Assembly: GCA_964551325.1 (NCBI GenBank)
Contig: CAZKBU010000001.1
Span: forward strand, 385,184 to 449,183
Source of the DNA: an uncultured Bdellovibrionales bacterium
GTDB taxonomy: Bacteria > Bdellovibrionota > UBA1018 > CAIPTA01
DNA length: 64,000 bases
Reading direction: 5' to 3'
This document shows positions 30,454-40,038 of this stretch, in pieces (positions within the stretch are counted from its first letter, which is position 1; each line of letters begins with the position of its first letter). The notes beneath the pieces are model-generated. The model was not told the origin of the DNA. It was given only the letters and a program-made list of their open reading frames with translations, and did not search any database. Made by a program: the position numbers and the translations under genes.

Positions 30454-31812
30454 TTAGCGTTTCTGCGCGAGGAAGGCTTCCAAAAACTTTGTATCGTATT
30501 GATTGTTTTGGAAGTTTTGGTCGACCAAAACCTTTTCGTAGAATGCTTTATTGGTCTTGATTCCACCCACGCGAAGCTCGTCGAGGGCTCTCAGCATCTT
30601 CTTCACACACAGTTCCCTGTTTTCCTCATGCACAATTAGCTTTCCGAGCAGGGAGTCGTAGTGTGGAACTACCGTGTATTGATCGTAAAGAAAGCAGTCG
30701 AATCGAACTCCGAACCCACCGGGAACGTGTAAGCCTTCCACCTTTCCCGGGGACGGGCGAAACGTTTCCGGATCTTCGGCGTTAATTCTACACTCCATCG
30801 CGTGCCCGCTGAGCTTCACATCCTTTTGCGTGAACCCCAAATCACCGCCAGCGGCTATTCGAAGCTGAAGCTTCACGATGTCGATACCTGTTATCATTTC
30901 AGTAACTGGGTGCTCTACCTGCACTCGTGTGTTCATTTCCATGAAGTAGAAACTTTTTCGGTCCGCATCGAGGAGAAATTCCACGGTGCCGACATTCCAG
31001 TAACCAACTTCCTTCACGAGACGAAGCGCGGCCTCTCCCATCGCTTTCCGTGTATCGTCGGAAATAACTGGGCACGGCGCCTCTTCGATTAACTTTTGAT
31101 GGCGCCTCTGAACGGTACAATCCCGCTCCCCGAGATGAACCATGTTTCCATGGTGATCGGCCGCCACCTGAATCTCCACATGCCGAGGGCTCTGGCAGTA
31201 CCGCTCGATGTATACCGAATTATTTCCAAAAGCCGCCCCCGCCTCGCTGCGCACACGATCAAAGGCACTCACGAGCGTTTCGTGAGAATGAATGATCTGA
31301 ATTCCTCTTCCGCCGCCTCCCGCACTCGCCTTTAGGATCACAGGGTAACCGATTCGCTTGGCCTCTTTTTCCGCCTCCGCCAACGACTCTACCGGCCCCG
31401 GAGATCCTGGCAGCAATGGAAGTCCCGCCTTCACGGCGGTTTTTCGTGCGGCCACTTTATCGCCAAGAAGCGCGATACTTTCTGCCCGAGGCCCAATAAA
31501 AGTGATATTGCACTCGCCACAAATGCGCGCAAATTCCGCATTTTCCGAAAGGAAGCCGTAGCCGGGATGGATTGCGTCGGCTCCTGTAACCTCCGCCGCC
31601 GCGATCACCATCGGAATATTCAGGTAAGACTGCTTGGAGGGAGGAGGGCCGATGCACACTGCCTCGTCTGCAAGCTTCACATGAAGCGAATGTTCATCTG
31701 CCGTGGAATATACCGCCACGGTCTCGAGGCCCAGGTCCTTACACGCGCGTATCACTCGAAGAGCGATCTCCCCGCGGTTGGCCACTAGCACTTTACGGAT
31801 CTTATCGGCCAC
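30454..31812 (-). CDS. accC: Acetyl-CoA carboxylase biotin carboxylase subunit.
   Basis: Full-length ATP-grasp biotin carboxylase (VLVANRGEIA...). Confidence 0.95.
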   Translation of the reverse strand: MADKIRKVLVANRGEIALRVIRACKDLGLETVAVYSTADEHSLHVKLADEAVCIGPPPSKQSYLNIPMVIAAAEVTGADAIHPGYGFLSENAEFARICGECNITFIGPRAESIALLGDKVAARKTAVKAGLPLLPGSPGPVESLAEAEKEAKRIGYPVILKASAGGGGRGIQIIHSHETLVSAFDRVRSEAGAAFGNNSVYIERYCQSPRHVEIQVAADHHGNMVHLGERDCTVQRRHQKLIEEAPCPVISDDTRKAMGEAALRLVKEVGYWNVGTVEFLLDADRKSFYFMEMNTRVQVEHPVTEMITGIDIVKLQLRIAAGGDLGFTQKDVKLSGHAMECRINAEDPETFRPSPGKVEGLHVPGGFGVRFDCFLYDQYTVVPHYDSLLGKLIVHEENRELCVKKMLRALDELRVGGIKTNKAFYEKVLVDQNFQNNQYDTKFLEAFLAQKR

Positions 31813-31821
31813 AGGGCCTCC

Positions 31822-32289
31822 TCAGGGCTCGATTTGGAACAGGGGCTGACCGTATTGAACCGGCTGACCGTCTTTCGCCAAAACTGCAACGACTTTTCCG
31901 GCGAACTCTGCCTCGATCTCGTTCATGATTTTCATCGCTTCTACGATGCAAAGAACGTCGCCCTTCTTCACTCGAGCGCCCACTTCCACATACTTCGGAG
32001 CACTCGGCGCTGGCGAAGCATAAAAAGTTCCCACAAACGGAGAAAGCACCTCTTTGTGGCGCGCGCTCACAGGCTCGGCTTTGGGGGCCTCAACACTCGG
32101 ACCGGAAGACGTAACCGGAGACGGAGCATTCCCCACCTGGGCCGAGGGCGCCATCGTCACAAACTGAGTCGTGGGTGTCTCCACGGATTTGCGAATACGA
32201 ATGCGCTCCTTGTTCTTTTCCCACTCGAGCTCCGCAATCTCGCTCTTTTCAACAATACGGATGATCTTTTCAAGTTCCTTGAGAAGCAT
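31822..32289 (-). CDS. accB: Biotin carboxyl carrier protein.
   Basis: EAMKIMN biotinyl-lysine motif. Length is 155 aa. Confidence 0.9.
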   Translation of the reverse strand: MLLKELEKIIRIVEKSEIAELEWEKNKERIRIRKSVETPTTQFVTMAPSAQVGNAPSPVTSSGPSVEAPKAEPVSARHKEVLSPFVGTFYASPAPSAPKYVEVGARVKKGDVLCIVEAMKIMNEIEAEFAGKVVAVLAKDGQPVQYGQPLFQIEP

Positions 32290-32855
32290 CAGTTCGTCAC
32301 CTTTTCAATGTAGGACCCATCCCGCGTATCCACGCGAATCTTATCGCCTTCGTTGAGATGCAGAGGCACCTGCACAATAGCGCCGGTCTCCAAAGTTGCG
32401 GGCTTCGATCCACCGGTTACGGTATCGCCGCGAATTCCAGGCATCGTGGAGGTGATTGTCAGCACCACGTGGAAAGGAACCTCTACCGTGATCGGCCTTC
32501 CATTATAAAAAAGAATTGAAGCGCTGATTCCCTCTTGGAGCCAGTTTTTGGTTTCTCCAAGTTGTTGGTCGCTAAAGGCGATCTGCTCGTAGTTTTTGTT
32601 ATCCATGAAGTGAGCGCCTTCATTATCGGTATACATGTATTGCATTTCACGCTGCTCAACATCCGGCGTGTCGACCTTTTCACCTGATCGAAAGTTTTTC
32701 TCGATCGTGTTTTGGGTGAGAAGATTCTTCATCTTGGTGCGGGTGAAGGCTGCGCCTTTTCCCGGGGACACATGCTGAAAGTCCACAATTACGTAGGGAG
32801 AACCTTCCACTTCAATCTTGAGACCTTTGCGGAATTGGGAAGTATCGTAAGGCAC
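32289..32855 (-). CDS. efp: Elongation factor P.
   Basis: Full EF-P homology beginning around PYDTSQFRKGLKIEVEG. A likely GTG start follows an AGGTGG Shine-Dalgarno sequence, so the ORF-track 5' extension to 33002 is probably not translated. Confidence 0.85.
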   Translation of the reverse strand: MPYDTSQFRKGLKIEVEGSPYVIVDFQHVSPGKGAAFTRTKMKNLLTQNTIEKNFRSGEKVDTPDVEQREMQYMYTDNEGAHFMDNKNYEQIAFSDQQLGETKNWLQEGISASILFYNGRPITVEVPFHVVLTITSTMPGIRGDTVTGGSKPATLETGAIVQVPLHLNEGDKIRVDTRDGSYIEKVTN

Positions 32856-32886
32856 GATGGGCCACCTTTCATTTGAACCGAGGTGT

Positions 32887-33747
32887 TCAGGAGGAACGAC
32901 GGACAGCGGCAAGAAACCGCTCGAGCCGGCGTATCTTTTCCTTTTTGCTCGACCCTGCGGTTTTAGCGGAAAGGCCAGGATTAGACAACCTGCTTTGTTC
33001 ATTGAGTTTTCGCAGCGCTTCTCGGGCCCACTGATCTAGCGGGTTCTGGTGCACAAGCAACTCAAGGACCTTTCGCGCTTTGGCTTCTAAACCCTGACGC
33101 ATGTAAAGCTCAGCAATAGTGCGGGTGGCGAAAGTGGGCTCGGAATCGCTCTGTACGGCAGGCACAGCAGGTGCCGGTTCGGGTTCTACCGGAAAAGAAA
33201 CGCCCCCAGTAGGCTCAGCGGGCGCCCAAAGATTCGCGACGGGCGAAACCTGAAACCCAGAAACCTCTTCCGCGGGACCCCTCGAGGCCGCGTCCACACT
33301 GGCTCGAATGGCAAAACGGCTGTCGGCCACCGGGCCAAAGAGGAAGTCCTCCAACTTTTCCAGCGCACGCACCGACTCCGTGTCCTGAGGATACCGACTG
33401 ACAATTCCCGTAAGCTCGTCCATCGCGGGCTTGTGCTGATTCAGCAACAAGAAGATCTCCGCTCTAAGTTTGCGTGCCTTTAGGTTCTCCGGCGCCTCTT
33501 CCAGAATCAGATCCAGATCCGAAAGCGCGTCAGCGAAGCGCCGCAGCTCCGCCTTGCATTGAGCGGCGATCACACGAGCCGAAATCAGGCCAGGATGAAA
33601 TCGAAGCCCGTCGTCCAGCACGCGCAACGCCTCCTGGGAACGACCACTCAGACGCAGCTCTTCCGCTACAGCCGCAAACGACAACGACCCAGGCCGCGAC
33701 TGCAGCAAGCGGATTTTCTCTTCTAAATTGATGACGCCCGGCTCCAT
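32887..33747 (-). CDS. TPR-repeat protein encoded immediately downstream of pilQ.
   Basis: N-terminal TPR helices and a Pro/Ala-rich C-terminal half. No signal peptide. Confidence 0.55.
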   Translation of the reverse strand: MEPGVINLEEKIRLLQSRPGSLSFAAVAEELRLSGRSQEALRVLDDGLRFHPGLISARVIAAQCKAELRRFADALSDLDLILEEAPENLKARKLRAEIFLLLNQHKPAMDELTGIVSRYPQDTESVRALEKLEDFLFGPVADSRFAIRASVDAASRGPAEEVSGFQVSPVANLWAPAEPTGGVSFPVEPEPAPAVPAVQSDSEPTFATRTIAELYMRQGLEAKARKVLELLVHQNPLDQWAREALRKLNEQSRLSNPGLSAKTAGSSKKEKIRRLERFLAAVRRSS

Positions 33748-33813
33748 CGCCCCTTTTATATCCCGACCCCACCCCCCAGAAAAGAGAGATGTTTGGCCTT
33801 AGATATCAAATGC

Positions 33814-35811
33814 TTACATCTTCGGTGCGCCCGACTCTCCCGGCTCAAGAATCTGTGGGGTCACAAATACCATTAGCTCGTTCTTTAACCACGTATCACG
33901 CTTAACGTTAAAGAGCGGCCCCAAAAAAGGAAGATCCTTAAGGAGAGGAACGCCATCATCTTCGTTTGACTGTTCAAAGCGGTAAACCCCACCCAGAACA
34001 AGAGTCGATCCGCTCTCCACCAGAACCTGTGTCTCTATCTTTTTCTCTGCAATGTCTCGAGCCTGGTTGGGGCTGGAGTTGGAGATATCAAGGTCCATCA
34101 GGACCGCCCCACTGTTTGTAACTTGTGGGGTTACACCCAGCTTCACACCGGCAACCACTTGCTTGATCTCCGTGCCTCCATTTGTCGTGGAAACAACAAA
34201 GTTGAGCGTAGTTCCGTCAATTACCTGTGCCTTTTGTTTGTTATTCACAACAAGCCGAGGCGATGCCACCGTCTTCGAAAGCCCGCTGGTCTCACCCAGC
34301 TGCAATCGAAGATTTAAATTTCCATGCTGACCGGCACCAAGTTGAAAACCGACACCCATCCCCTCAGACCGCGACGACACCACGAATCCTGCCGGCGCCC
34401 CGGCGCCAAGCGTAGTTGAGGCTCCGTTTACTGCTGCGCCAATTCCCTGCCTTCCGCTGCTGCGATTAGACGCCTTACCGGACCACTGAACACCAAGATC
34501 CTTGGCCCAGCCTTCCTCGGCAACCACAATTTTTGAATCGATCAACACCTGAGGAAGCGGAACATCCAACTCCTTCACAAGGCGGCGTATGCGCTCAACC
34601 GCTTCTTTTGTGTTGGTGACAACGAGAGAGTTCGAACGCTCATCGACTTCGATTTTTCCTCGCACGAACGAGGGCTTAATCTTAACCTCTTGGTCATCCT
34701 CTTTCTGAAGCTCCACGGATATTTTTCCCAGGTCAGCTTTTTGCCCAACCGCCTCAGCCTTCGCAATTCGATTCTGAATTTCCGCCACCTGTCTGTCGAG
34801 ATCGAGCTTTTCTCTCTCCTTTTTGACACGCTCGTCTTCGCCCTTGTTTTCTTTTTCCTCATATTTGTAGAGCAGTTTATCAATCATCGTCTGGAGGTCT
34901 TTTGCTTTTGCAAAACTAACCGGAATGATCGCCATAATTGTTGGCTCCAGCTCATCGGAAAGCACTTTTTTCTGCACGATCTTCACCAGCTTGGAACGAC
35001 GCTCCTCCTCCCGCTTCCGGTACTCCTCTCCTGTTACAATATGAATAACGTTCCCAACCGCATCCGCACGCAAGCGGTGCTGCTGCAACACGATGTCGAG
35101 CAGCTGGTCCCATGGAACATCCTTCAATGAAACCGAGATAGTGCCGCTGATTTCCGTAGAGGTGACAATATTCAGTCCACTGGTCTCGCCTACGAGCTTG
35201 AAGATACTGTGGATGTCGGCGTCTTTTGCCTCAAAGCTCACCCGTGAACCCTTATAGGTGCGTTTATCCACTTCGGTATCAAGCGTTTCAACAAGCTGCT
35301 TAGCCACCTTAGTGCTCTCACTGTAGGTCGGAGCGGCGTCTTTGGTTGAAATCTCGTCTCCAATCATCACCACATCACGAGACTTCTTGGCGGAAGGTTT
35401 TGCTGCTACTGCGGGAACACCAGTTGGCTTCACTGCTGCCAGACTAAGAATGAATCTCCCGCTTGCATTTCTATGCACAACCGAAGTTTTTCCGCGAAGC
35501 TGGATTACAAGCTTAACTTTGGGGTCCTTGGTTCCTGCATTGTATGGCGTAACCTGAACCACCGGAGACTCCGCCGATGAGGAGTCAATCGTCCGAGTAA
35601 GGCGCGCTGGCAGCTGAATCCCTGAAGCCTCTACCACCACCTGATCAAAATCTTTTAACTCACGCACCTGGAACGCTGCCGAAGACTGGTGATTGAGCTC
35701 AATGGTGGCCACACCTCCCGACGCAGTCATTTTCAGATCTTTTGCCAGCACTGTCGCGCTCGCATCCACCGACATCAAAGCTAAAAGCAAAAGTACCATT
35801 CGCTTGCCCAT
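33814..35811 (-). CDS. pilQ: Type IV pilus secretin PilQ.
   Basis: Signal peptide, AMIN-like N-terminus and secretin C-terminal signature (VLGGVYRF...VPLLKDLPFLGPLF...ELMVFVTP). Confidence 0.9.
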   Translation of the reverse strand: MGKRMVLLLLALMSVDASATVLAKDLKMTASGGVATIELNHQSSAAFQVRELKDFDQVVVEASGIQLPARLTRTIDSSSAESPVVQVTPYNAGTKDPKVKLVIQLRGKTSVVHRNASGRFILSLAAVKPTGVPAVAAKPSAKKSRDVVMIGDEISTKDAAPTYSESTKVAKQLVETLDTEVDKRTYKGSRVSFEAKDADIHSIFKLVGETSGLNIVTSTEISGTISVSLKDVPWDQLLDIVLQQHRLRADAVGNVIHIVTGEEYRKREEERRSKLVKIVQKKVLSDELEPTIMAIIPVSFAKAKDLQTMIDKLLYKYEEKENKGEDERVKKEREKLDLDRQVAEIQNRIAKAEAVGQKADLGKISVELQKEDDQEVKIKPSFVRGKIEVDERSNSLVVTNTKEAVERIRRLVKELDVPLPQVLIDSKIVVAEEGWAKDLGVQWSGKASNRSSGRQGIGAAVNGASTTLGAGAPAGFVVSSRSEGMGVGFQLGAGQHGNLNLRLQLGETSGLSKTVASPRLVVNNKQKAQVIDGTTLNFVVSTTNGGTEIKQVVAGVKLGVTPQVTNSGAVLMDLDISNSSPNQARDIAEKKIETQVLVESGSTLVLGGVYRFEQSNEDDGVPLLKDLPFLGPLFNVKRDTWLKNELMVFVTPQILEPGESGAPKM

Positions 35812-36326
35812 TACCTGCCTCCTGCTGCCTGCGTGCCACCCACTGGCAACACCACGGTGGTGTGATCCACCACCCCTGTCCTAGACCGGGTCTTTTGAAC
35901 CACAGTCACCCCAACTTGTTCGATCTTTGCGATGATTCCACCACGGTTTCCCAATCGGTCATTTTCTCGGACGATCATGACTCGCCCTGCATTATCGGGA
36001 ATCCGCACCAATGCCCGATTGTAAACATCACCCAACAACACCGCCTGAACCTTGTAGTCTTTAATCTCATAGCGCTCGAGATCCGTTTGCTGACGAGTGC
36101 CGCCCTCTGTGTCTTGGCTGCGCCACGAATCAATAATGGACTGATACGGCGGAGCTGGCCTGTTAAATGGATCTTTCCGAGAAAGCACCCCGGGCACCGT
36201 AGACAGTTGCTGGAGAAACTGTTCAATGGTGAGGTCCGCGGGACGCTTCTCATCCGAAGGGGCCTCAGCGCTCAAGACGCCAGAGGGAATCACTAAAAAT
36301 GCCAACAGGATAAAGCCCCGAATCAC
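35811..36326 (-). CDS. pilP: Type IV pilus assembly protein PilP.
   Basis: Position in pilMNOPQ. Signal peptide/lipoprotein-like N-terminus and a RKDPF motif. Confidence 0.75.
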   Translation of the reverse strand: MIRGFILLAFLVIPSGVLSAEAPSDEKRPADLTIEQFLQQLSTVPGVLSRKDPFNRPAPPYQSIIDSWRSQDTEGGTRQQTDLERYEIKDYKVQAVLLGDVYNRALVRIPDNAGRVMIVRENDRLGNRGGIIAKIEQVGVTVVQKTRSRTGVVDHTTVVLPVGGTQAAGGR

Positions 36327-36970
36327 TTTGGCGCCCCCCCCATGTAGCGATATGTAACAACGCGGAGACTCGATCGAATTCCTGGATACGCCTGCTTTCC
36401 GCCACCCATCTTGCTCGAAGCAAACGCGCCGTCTTCACCACCCAGGGTTACGGAGGCGCGCTCTGAGTCACGATTCACGGTAAAGCTGGATACATCCACC
36501 AGGCGCTTCATGTTTGCCATGCGATCAAGGAAAATGAAGATCTGGAGGAAAGTTCCTCGAATTTCCAAATTGAAGCCCAATGACGCGTACAGATCCTGCG
36601 GAGTTTCTTTTTGGTCGGGCTTAATTTCTACGATTTCGAGCTCCAGCTGTTTTGCCTCGCGCAAAAGATCGGAGAGCAAATCAGGAAGATAAAACTGCTT
36701 TGGCAGAGCTCCCTGCACTGCCTGGAGTTGCTTTACTTTGTCCTGATATTTTTTCTTTCTCGACTCGAATTCCTTTTCGAAATTCTTTGCCTCTTGAACT
36801 TTTTCCTGCAGCTTCACCACTTCTTTTTCCTGCTGCGAAATACCGTTTTCCAGATTTTCGATCTGGGAGACGTCAAGGGTGAAGTAGCAGTATGCCGCGT
36901 AAACCACCAAGATCGCGCCGGCGGTATTCCAGTTAAGCTTTTGGAGCAGTGGCAACAGCTTCTGAAACAT
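36323..36970 (-). CDS. pilO: Type IV pilus assembly protein PilO.
   Basis: Single N-terminal TM plus a coiled coil and the PilO fold pattern. Operon position. Confidence 0.75.
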   Translation of the reverse strand: MFQKLLPLLQKLNWNTAGAILVVYAAYCYFTLDVSQIENLENGISQQEKEVVKLQEKVQEAKNFEKEFESRKKKYQDKVKQLQAVQGALPKQFYLPDLLSDLLREAKQLELEIVEIKPDQKETPQDLYASLGFNLEIRGTFLQIFIFLDRMANMKRLVDVSSFTVNRDSERASVTLGGEDGAFASSKMGGGKQAYPGIRSSLRVVTYRYMGGAPK

Positions 36971-36972
36971 GA

Positions 36973-37725
36973 CTAACCACTCCCTCCCGGTGCAGCTGGC
37001 TTAGCGGCTGTGGGCTTTGTGGGCTCCGCGGCAGGTGCCGAAGGCGCAGAAGTTGTCGGGGCCGTAGCGGCCGGCGTCTGCGACACGTTGTTCACCATGA
37101 ATTCTAATTGAAACGATTTGGTCTTTTGGTCTGCGACCGGTATTCCGGCAATCGGCCGATCCTTGGTGGCGTCGGCTTTGATACCCCTCAACGTGACTGC
37201 GCTGAATCGCGTGTTCTCAGAGAGCGCCCGCACGAAATCATTTACCGTGAAATACTCCCATGCGGCACCATCGACCGTGAAAACTCTGTCTTTGTATTTC
37301 AAAACCTCTACCCAGGCGTTGGTGGGCATCAACTCTAGTACGGAGTTCAGAGATCGAAATGCCAGATCACGATTCAGAGAAAGGGCCTGAATCGTGGTTA
37401 ATTGTTTATCAACTTCCGCCTCTTCTTTTTGTAGGGCCTCCATCTTCTGGCGCACACCCTTTAAATTCCCGAGCTCCTTTCGGAAGGTTTCAGCGCGGGC
37501 CGAAACCTCGTTGAGGCGCGCCTGAAGCTCCTCCACTTTCATCTCAAGCCAATAATCTGGTACCGCACCGATGACGTACATACCCACGAGTAACACAGCG
37601 AGAATTTTCCCGGTTGGGCGCAACTCTTCCAGCTGTCCCGAGGTGATGCCTGCTTTTTCAAGCAGTTTGTCGAGTCCAAACGGTACCTGCTTTTTCTTTT
37701 TTCCAAGGAGGTTGACCCTTAACAT
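36973..37725 (-). CDS. pilN: Type IV pilus assembly protein PilN.
   Basis: MLRVNLLG start (AGGAGG Shine-Dalgarno sequence upstream), a single TM, and an extended Pro/Ala/Thr-rich C-terminal tail. Confidence 0.8.
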   Translation of the reverse strand: MLRVNLLGKKKKQVPFGLDKLLEKAGITSGQLEELRPTGKILAVLLVGMYVIGAVPDYWLEMKVEELQARLNEVSARAETFRKELGNLKGVRQKMEALQKEEAEVDKQLTTIQALSLNRDLAFRSLNSVLELMPTNAWVEVLKYKDRVFTVDGAAWEYFTVNDFVRALSENTRFSAVTLRGIKADATKDRPIAGIPVADQKTKSFQLEFMVNNVSQTPAATAPTTSAPSAPAAEPTKPTAAKPAAPGGSG

Positions 37726-37729
37726 CGGC

Positions 37730-38785
37730 TCATTCCTCCTGCCCGCGAAACGCGAGCCCCATGGGAACAACGGCCGAAGCCGATATCGCGGCCATCAACT
37801 CTTCTGAAAATGCTCCGTCGGCAACTTCCACCCGATTGAAGGGATTCAGATAGTCCACGGGCAAGCCCAACATTTCCTGAAGAATCGTCAGCAAGTTGGG
37901 GATTCGGCTCGAACCGCCGCAAATATAGATGGAAGCAATAGGAAGCTGCGTGGGCGACGCCGCGTAGAAGTCGAGGCTTCGACGCACTTCCACGGCGATG
38001 TTTTCAGTAACGGTTGCAAAAACCTCCGCCACTTCGTCGGGGATCTGGCCCGACGCTGCCGCATCCACTTTCATGGCCTCCGCGTCGGAGAAACCGACGC
38101 CCACCTTGTTTTGAATCTCTTGGGTGAGGTTCTTGCCGCCAACAGCAACATCACGAGTGAAAAGCGAGCTCTTTGCGTCCACAATGTTGATCTTTGTTAG
38201 ACTGGCCCCCACATCCACCAGCACCACGCTGCTATCCGGTGGAACGTCGTAGTTCAGCCAAAACACATTGGCCATGGCGAAAACGTCCACATCAAGGACT
38301 TCCGGCTGAATCCCTGCGTCTCGAAGCGTTCCAAGGCGCTTTTCAATAAAATCTTTTTTAGCAGCCACGAGCAGGATATCCATTTTCCCGTCGCCGTTGT
38401 CTTCCCTCACCACTTCAAAATCGAGGCTAATTTCAGCCATCGGAAACGGAATGTACTGCTCAGCTTCCCAGTAGACCTGGTCTTCCAGCTCTGTTGGCTT
38501 TGTGATCGGAATGTTGATGTGTTTGATGATTACGGAGGCGCCAGAAACAGAGGTGGCGGCCAATTTTGCCTTGGTTCCGCTCTCTTTAACTACGGTCTTA
38601 ATCGCTTCCACGATGGCGCCATGGTTCACCACCTCGCCGTCCACGATCGTGTCTTCCGGAAGTGGGGCCACGGCAAAGCGCTTCACAACCCAACCGTTGC
38701 GCTTTCCTTCAGCTTCCACCAACTTTACGGAACTCGACCCGATGTCAATGCCGACAAGAGGCTTAGCTCCCAGCCCAAAAAGCAT
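37730..38785 (-). CDS. pilM: Type IV pilus assembly ATPase-like protein PilM (actin-like).
   Basis: GIDIGSSSVKLV phosphate-1 motif. Length is 351 aa. Confidence 0.9.
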   Translation of the reverse strand: MLFGLGAKPLVGIDIGSSSVKLVEAEGKRNGWVVKRFAVAPLPEDTIVDGEVVNHGAIVEAIKTVVKESGTKAKLAATSVSGASVIIKHINIPITKPTELEDQVYWEAEQYIPFPMAEISLDFEVVREDNGDGKMDILLVAAKKDFIEKRLGTLRDAGIQPEVLDVDVFAMANVFWLNYDVPPDSSVVLVDVGASLTKINIVDAKSSLFTRDVAVGGKNLTQEIQNKVGVGFSDAEAMKVDAAASGQIPDEVAEVFATVTENIAVEVRRSLDFYAASPTQLPIASIYICGGSSRIPNLLTILQEMLGLPVDYLNPFNRVEVADGAFSEELMAAISASAVVPMGLAFRGQEE

Positions 38786-38893
38786 GCTTCCCCTCCCATG
38801 GGAAAGACCGTCAAAAATCCTTTTTCTTAGCGTACTTAACTAATTCTAACCTTGCGCCGGATAGCGTCAAGCTTATGGGAGGAAAAGAGTCGA

Positions 38894-39640
38894 TCAAAAA
38901 TCCGAGTCGTCGTCGCCGAAATCTCTTTCTCGACGCGCCCCGTCAGAAACAGCTTCCGCCTCTTCGTCGGCAGGAGCGTCCTCTTCCGGCGCCTCAAGTT
39001 CGAGATCGATCACAACCTTGGCCCAGTCCTTCTCCGAGGCCAAGTCCTGGCGAATTACCTCAAGGTACTTGTCCGGGTACTTGCTAACGAGCTCTTCAAC
39101 GTAGTTATTCAACTGACCCGAGGCGAGAATGGCTTCTTTTCGCTTAATACGACGCCAGTTCTTAATGTAGTGCAGGCGACAGTACCCGGCGATTAAAGCC
39201 TCGTGATCACAGCCCGGCTCTCGACAGCGCTTCTTTTGGGGCGCCGCAGCACTCTTCTCTTTTACATTCTTGAGCACCGGATGGCTCGGTGGGATTACCA
39301 CCTCCACCACAGGTCCCGACTTACCGCCCTTGCCCTTAGCTGGTTTCGCCGCCACAACTGGCGCCTTTGCAGCGACTGCCAGGGCCTTTTTACCCTTTTC
39401 GGCAACCGGCTTCGCAGCGGCGGGCTTCGCAGCGGCAAGCTTCGCTGCAACAGGCTTCACAGCAACTTTGAGATCTGGCTTCTTCTTTTCAGGCTTCTTT
39501 GGCGCGCTCGCCTTAACCTTCGGAGCCTTTTTGGGGCCCGTCAACGCCTTCACGGCCTTCTTAAGGACCTTTTTTAGGGGAGAGGCAGGAGCCTTCTTTG
39601 CCGGTTTAGACGGCTTTTTCGCGGGTTTCTTTTTAGGCAT
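38894..39640 (-). CDS. Histone H1-like Lys/Ala/Pro-rich basic protein with a C-terminal Cys/His-containing domain and an acidic tail.
   Basis: N-terminal KKPAKK/AAKP repeats of about 130 aa. The C-x4-C-x10-C-x2-H segment is CREPGCDHEALIAGYCRLH. It ends in a D/E-rich tail. Located directly upstream of pilM. Confidence 0.55.
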   Translation of the reverse strand: MPKKKPAKKPSKPAKKAPASPLKKVLKKAVKALTGPKKAPKVKASAPKKPEKKKPDLKVAVKPVAAKLAAAKPAAAKPVAEKGKKALAVAAKAPVVAAKPAKGKGGKSGPVVEVVIPPSHPVLKNVKEKSAAAPQKKRCREPGCDHEALIAGYCRLHYIKNWRRIKRKEAILASGQLNNYVEELVSKYPDKYLEVIRQDLASEKDWAKVVIDLELEAPEEDAPADEEAEAVSDGARRERDFGDDDSDF

Positions 39641-39696
39641 GAAAATGAATCCTTTTTGCGGGGATACGCTTGGAAAACGGGGAAGTCAACTGCGCT

Positions 39697-40038
39697 TCAG
39701 AGATCACAAAGTGCGGAAGGCTTGTAGCTCATCCGGCAGGGCCAGGCGTTCCCGCTGGGAGGAAGCGGGTGCTCGTCGTTATCGAGCTTTTTCGTGCCTC
39801 CACCATGGTGGAAAAGGCGACAATGCATTTCGTAAGTTTCCCTGCTCCAAGGCAGCTTTTGCCACTGGAAAAACCGGTAGCCTTTATCGAGGAACTTCAC
39901 GAGCTCATCGTGCAAGTTCTCGTCGGAACGACCCACGTAGTGAATCGACTGCCCGTCCCGAGAAAGCTGAAACACGCCAATGATGGCCTTCGGAACCTCA
40001 GAGAGGTGGTGTTTATTGAACTCTGTCCAATGGGTCAT
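39697..40038 (-). CDS. Small hypothetical protein with a GIY-YIG-like motif (GVF-x8-IHYVGRSDENLHDEL).
   Basis: 113 aa ORF. The motif resembles the GIY-YIG N-terminal half. Its 5' end overlaps the proposed pcnB start by about 9 nt, and it is antisense to the long ORF-track 5' extension of pcnB. Confidence 0.3.
   Translation of the reverse strand: MTHWTEFNKHHLSEVPKAIIGVFQLSRDGQSIHYVGRSDENLHDELVKFLDKGYRFFQWQKLPWSRETYEMHCRLFHHGGGTKKLDNDEHPLPPSGNAWPCRMSYKPSALCDL

Noticed and set aside
32856-33002. ORF-track N-terminal extension of efp of 49 aa, and an apparent 1-nt frame inconsistency when I hand-translated 32820-32881.
   Set aside because: EF-P homology starts at PYDTSQFRKGLKI, preceded by AGGTGG and a GTG start, so the extension is not needed. 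The apparent frame inconsistency is most likely my transcription slip at a line boundary, not a real frameshift, because the ORF track reads straight through.
39670-40029. N-terminal extension of the pcnB ORF of about 120 aa (MENGEVNC...).
   Set aside because: PcnB homology begins much later. The extension is antisense to a more protein-like small ORF and would place the start inside the divergent H1-like gene's upstream region. An ATG at 40030 or a later non-ATG start is more plausible. The 5' limit remains uncertain.
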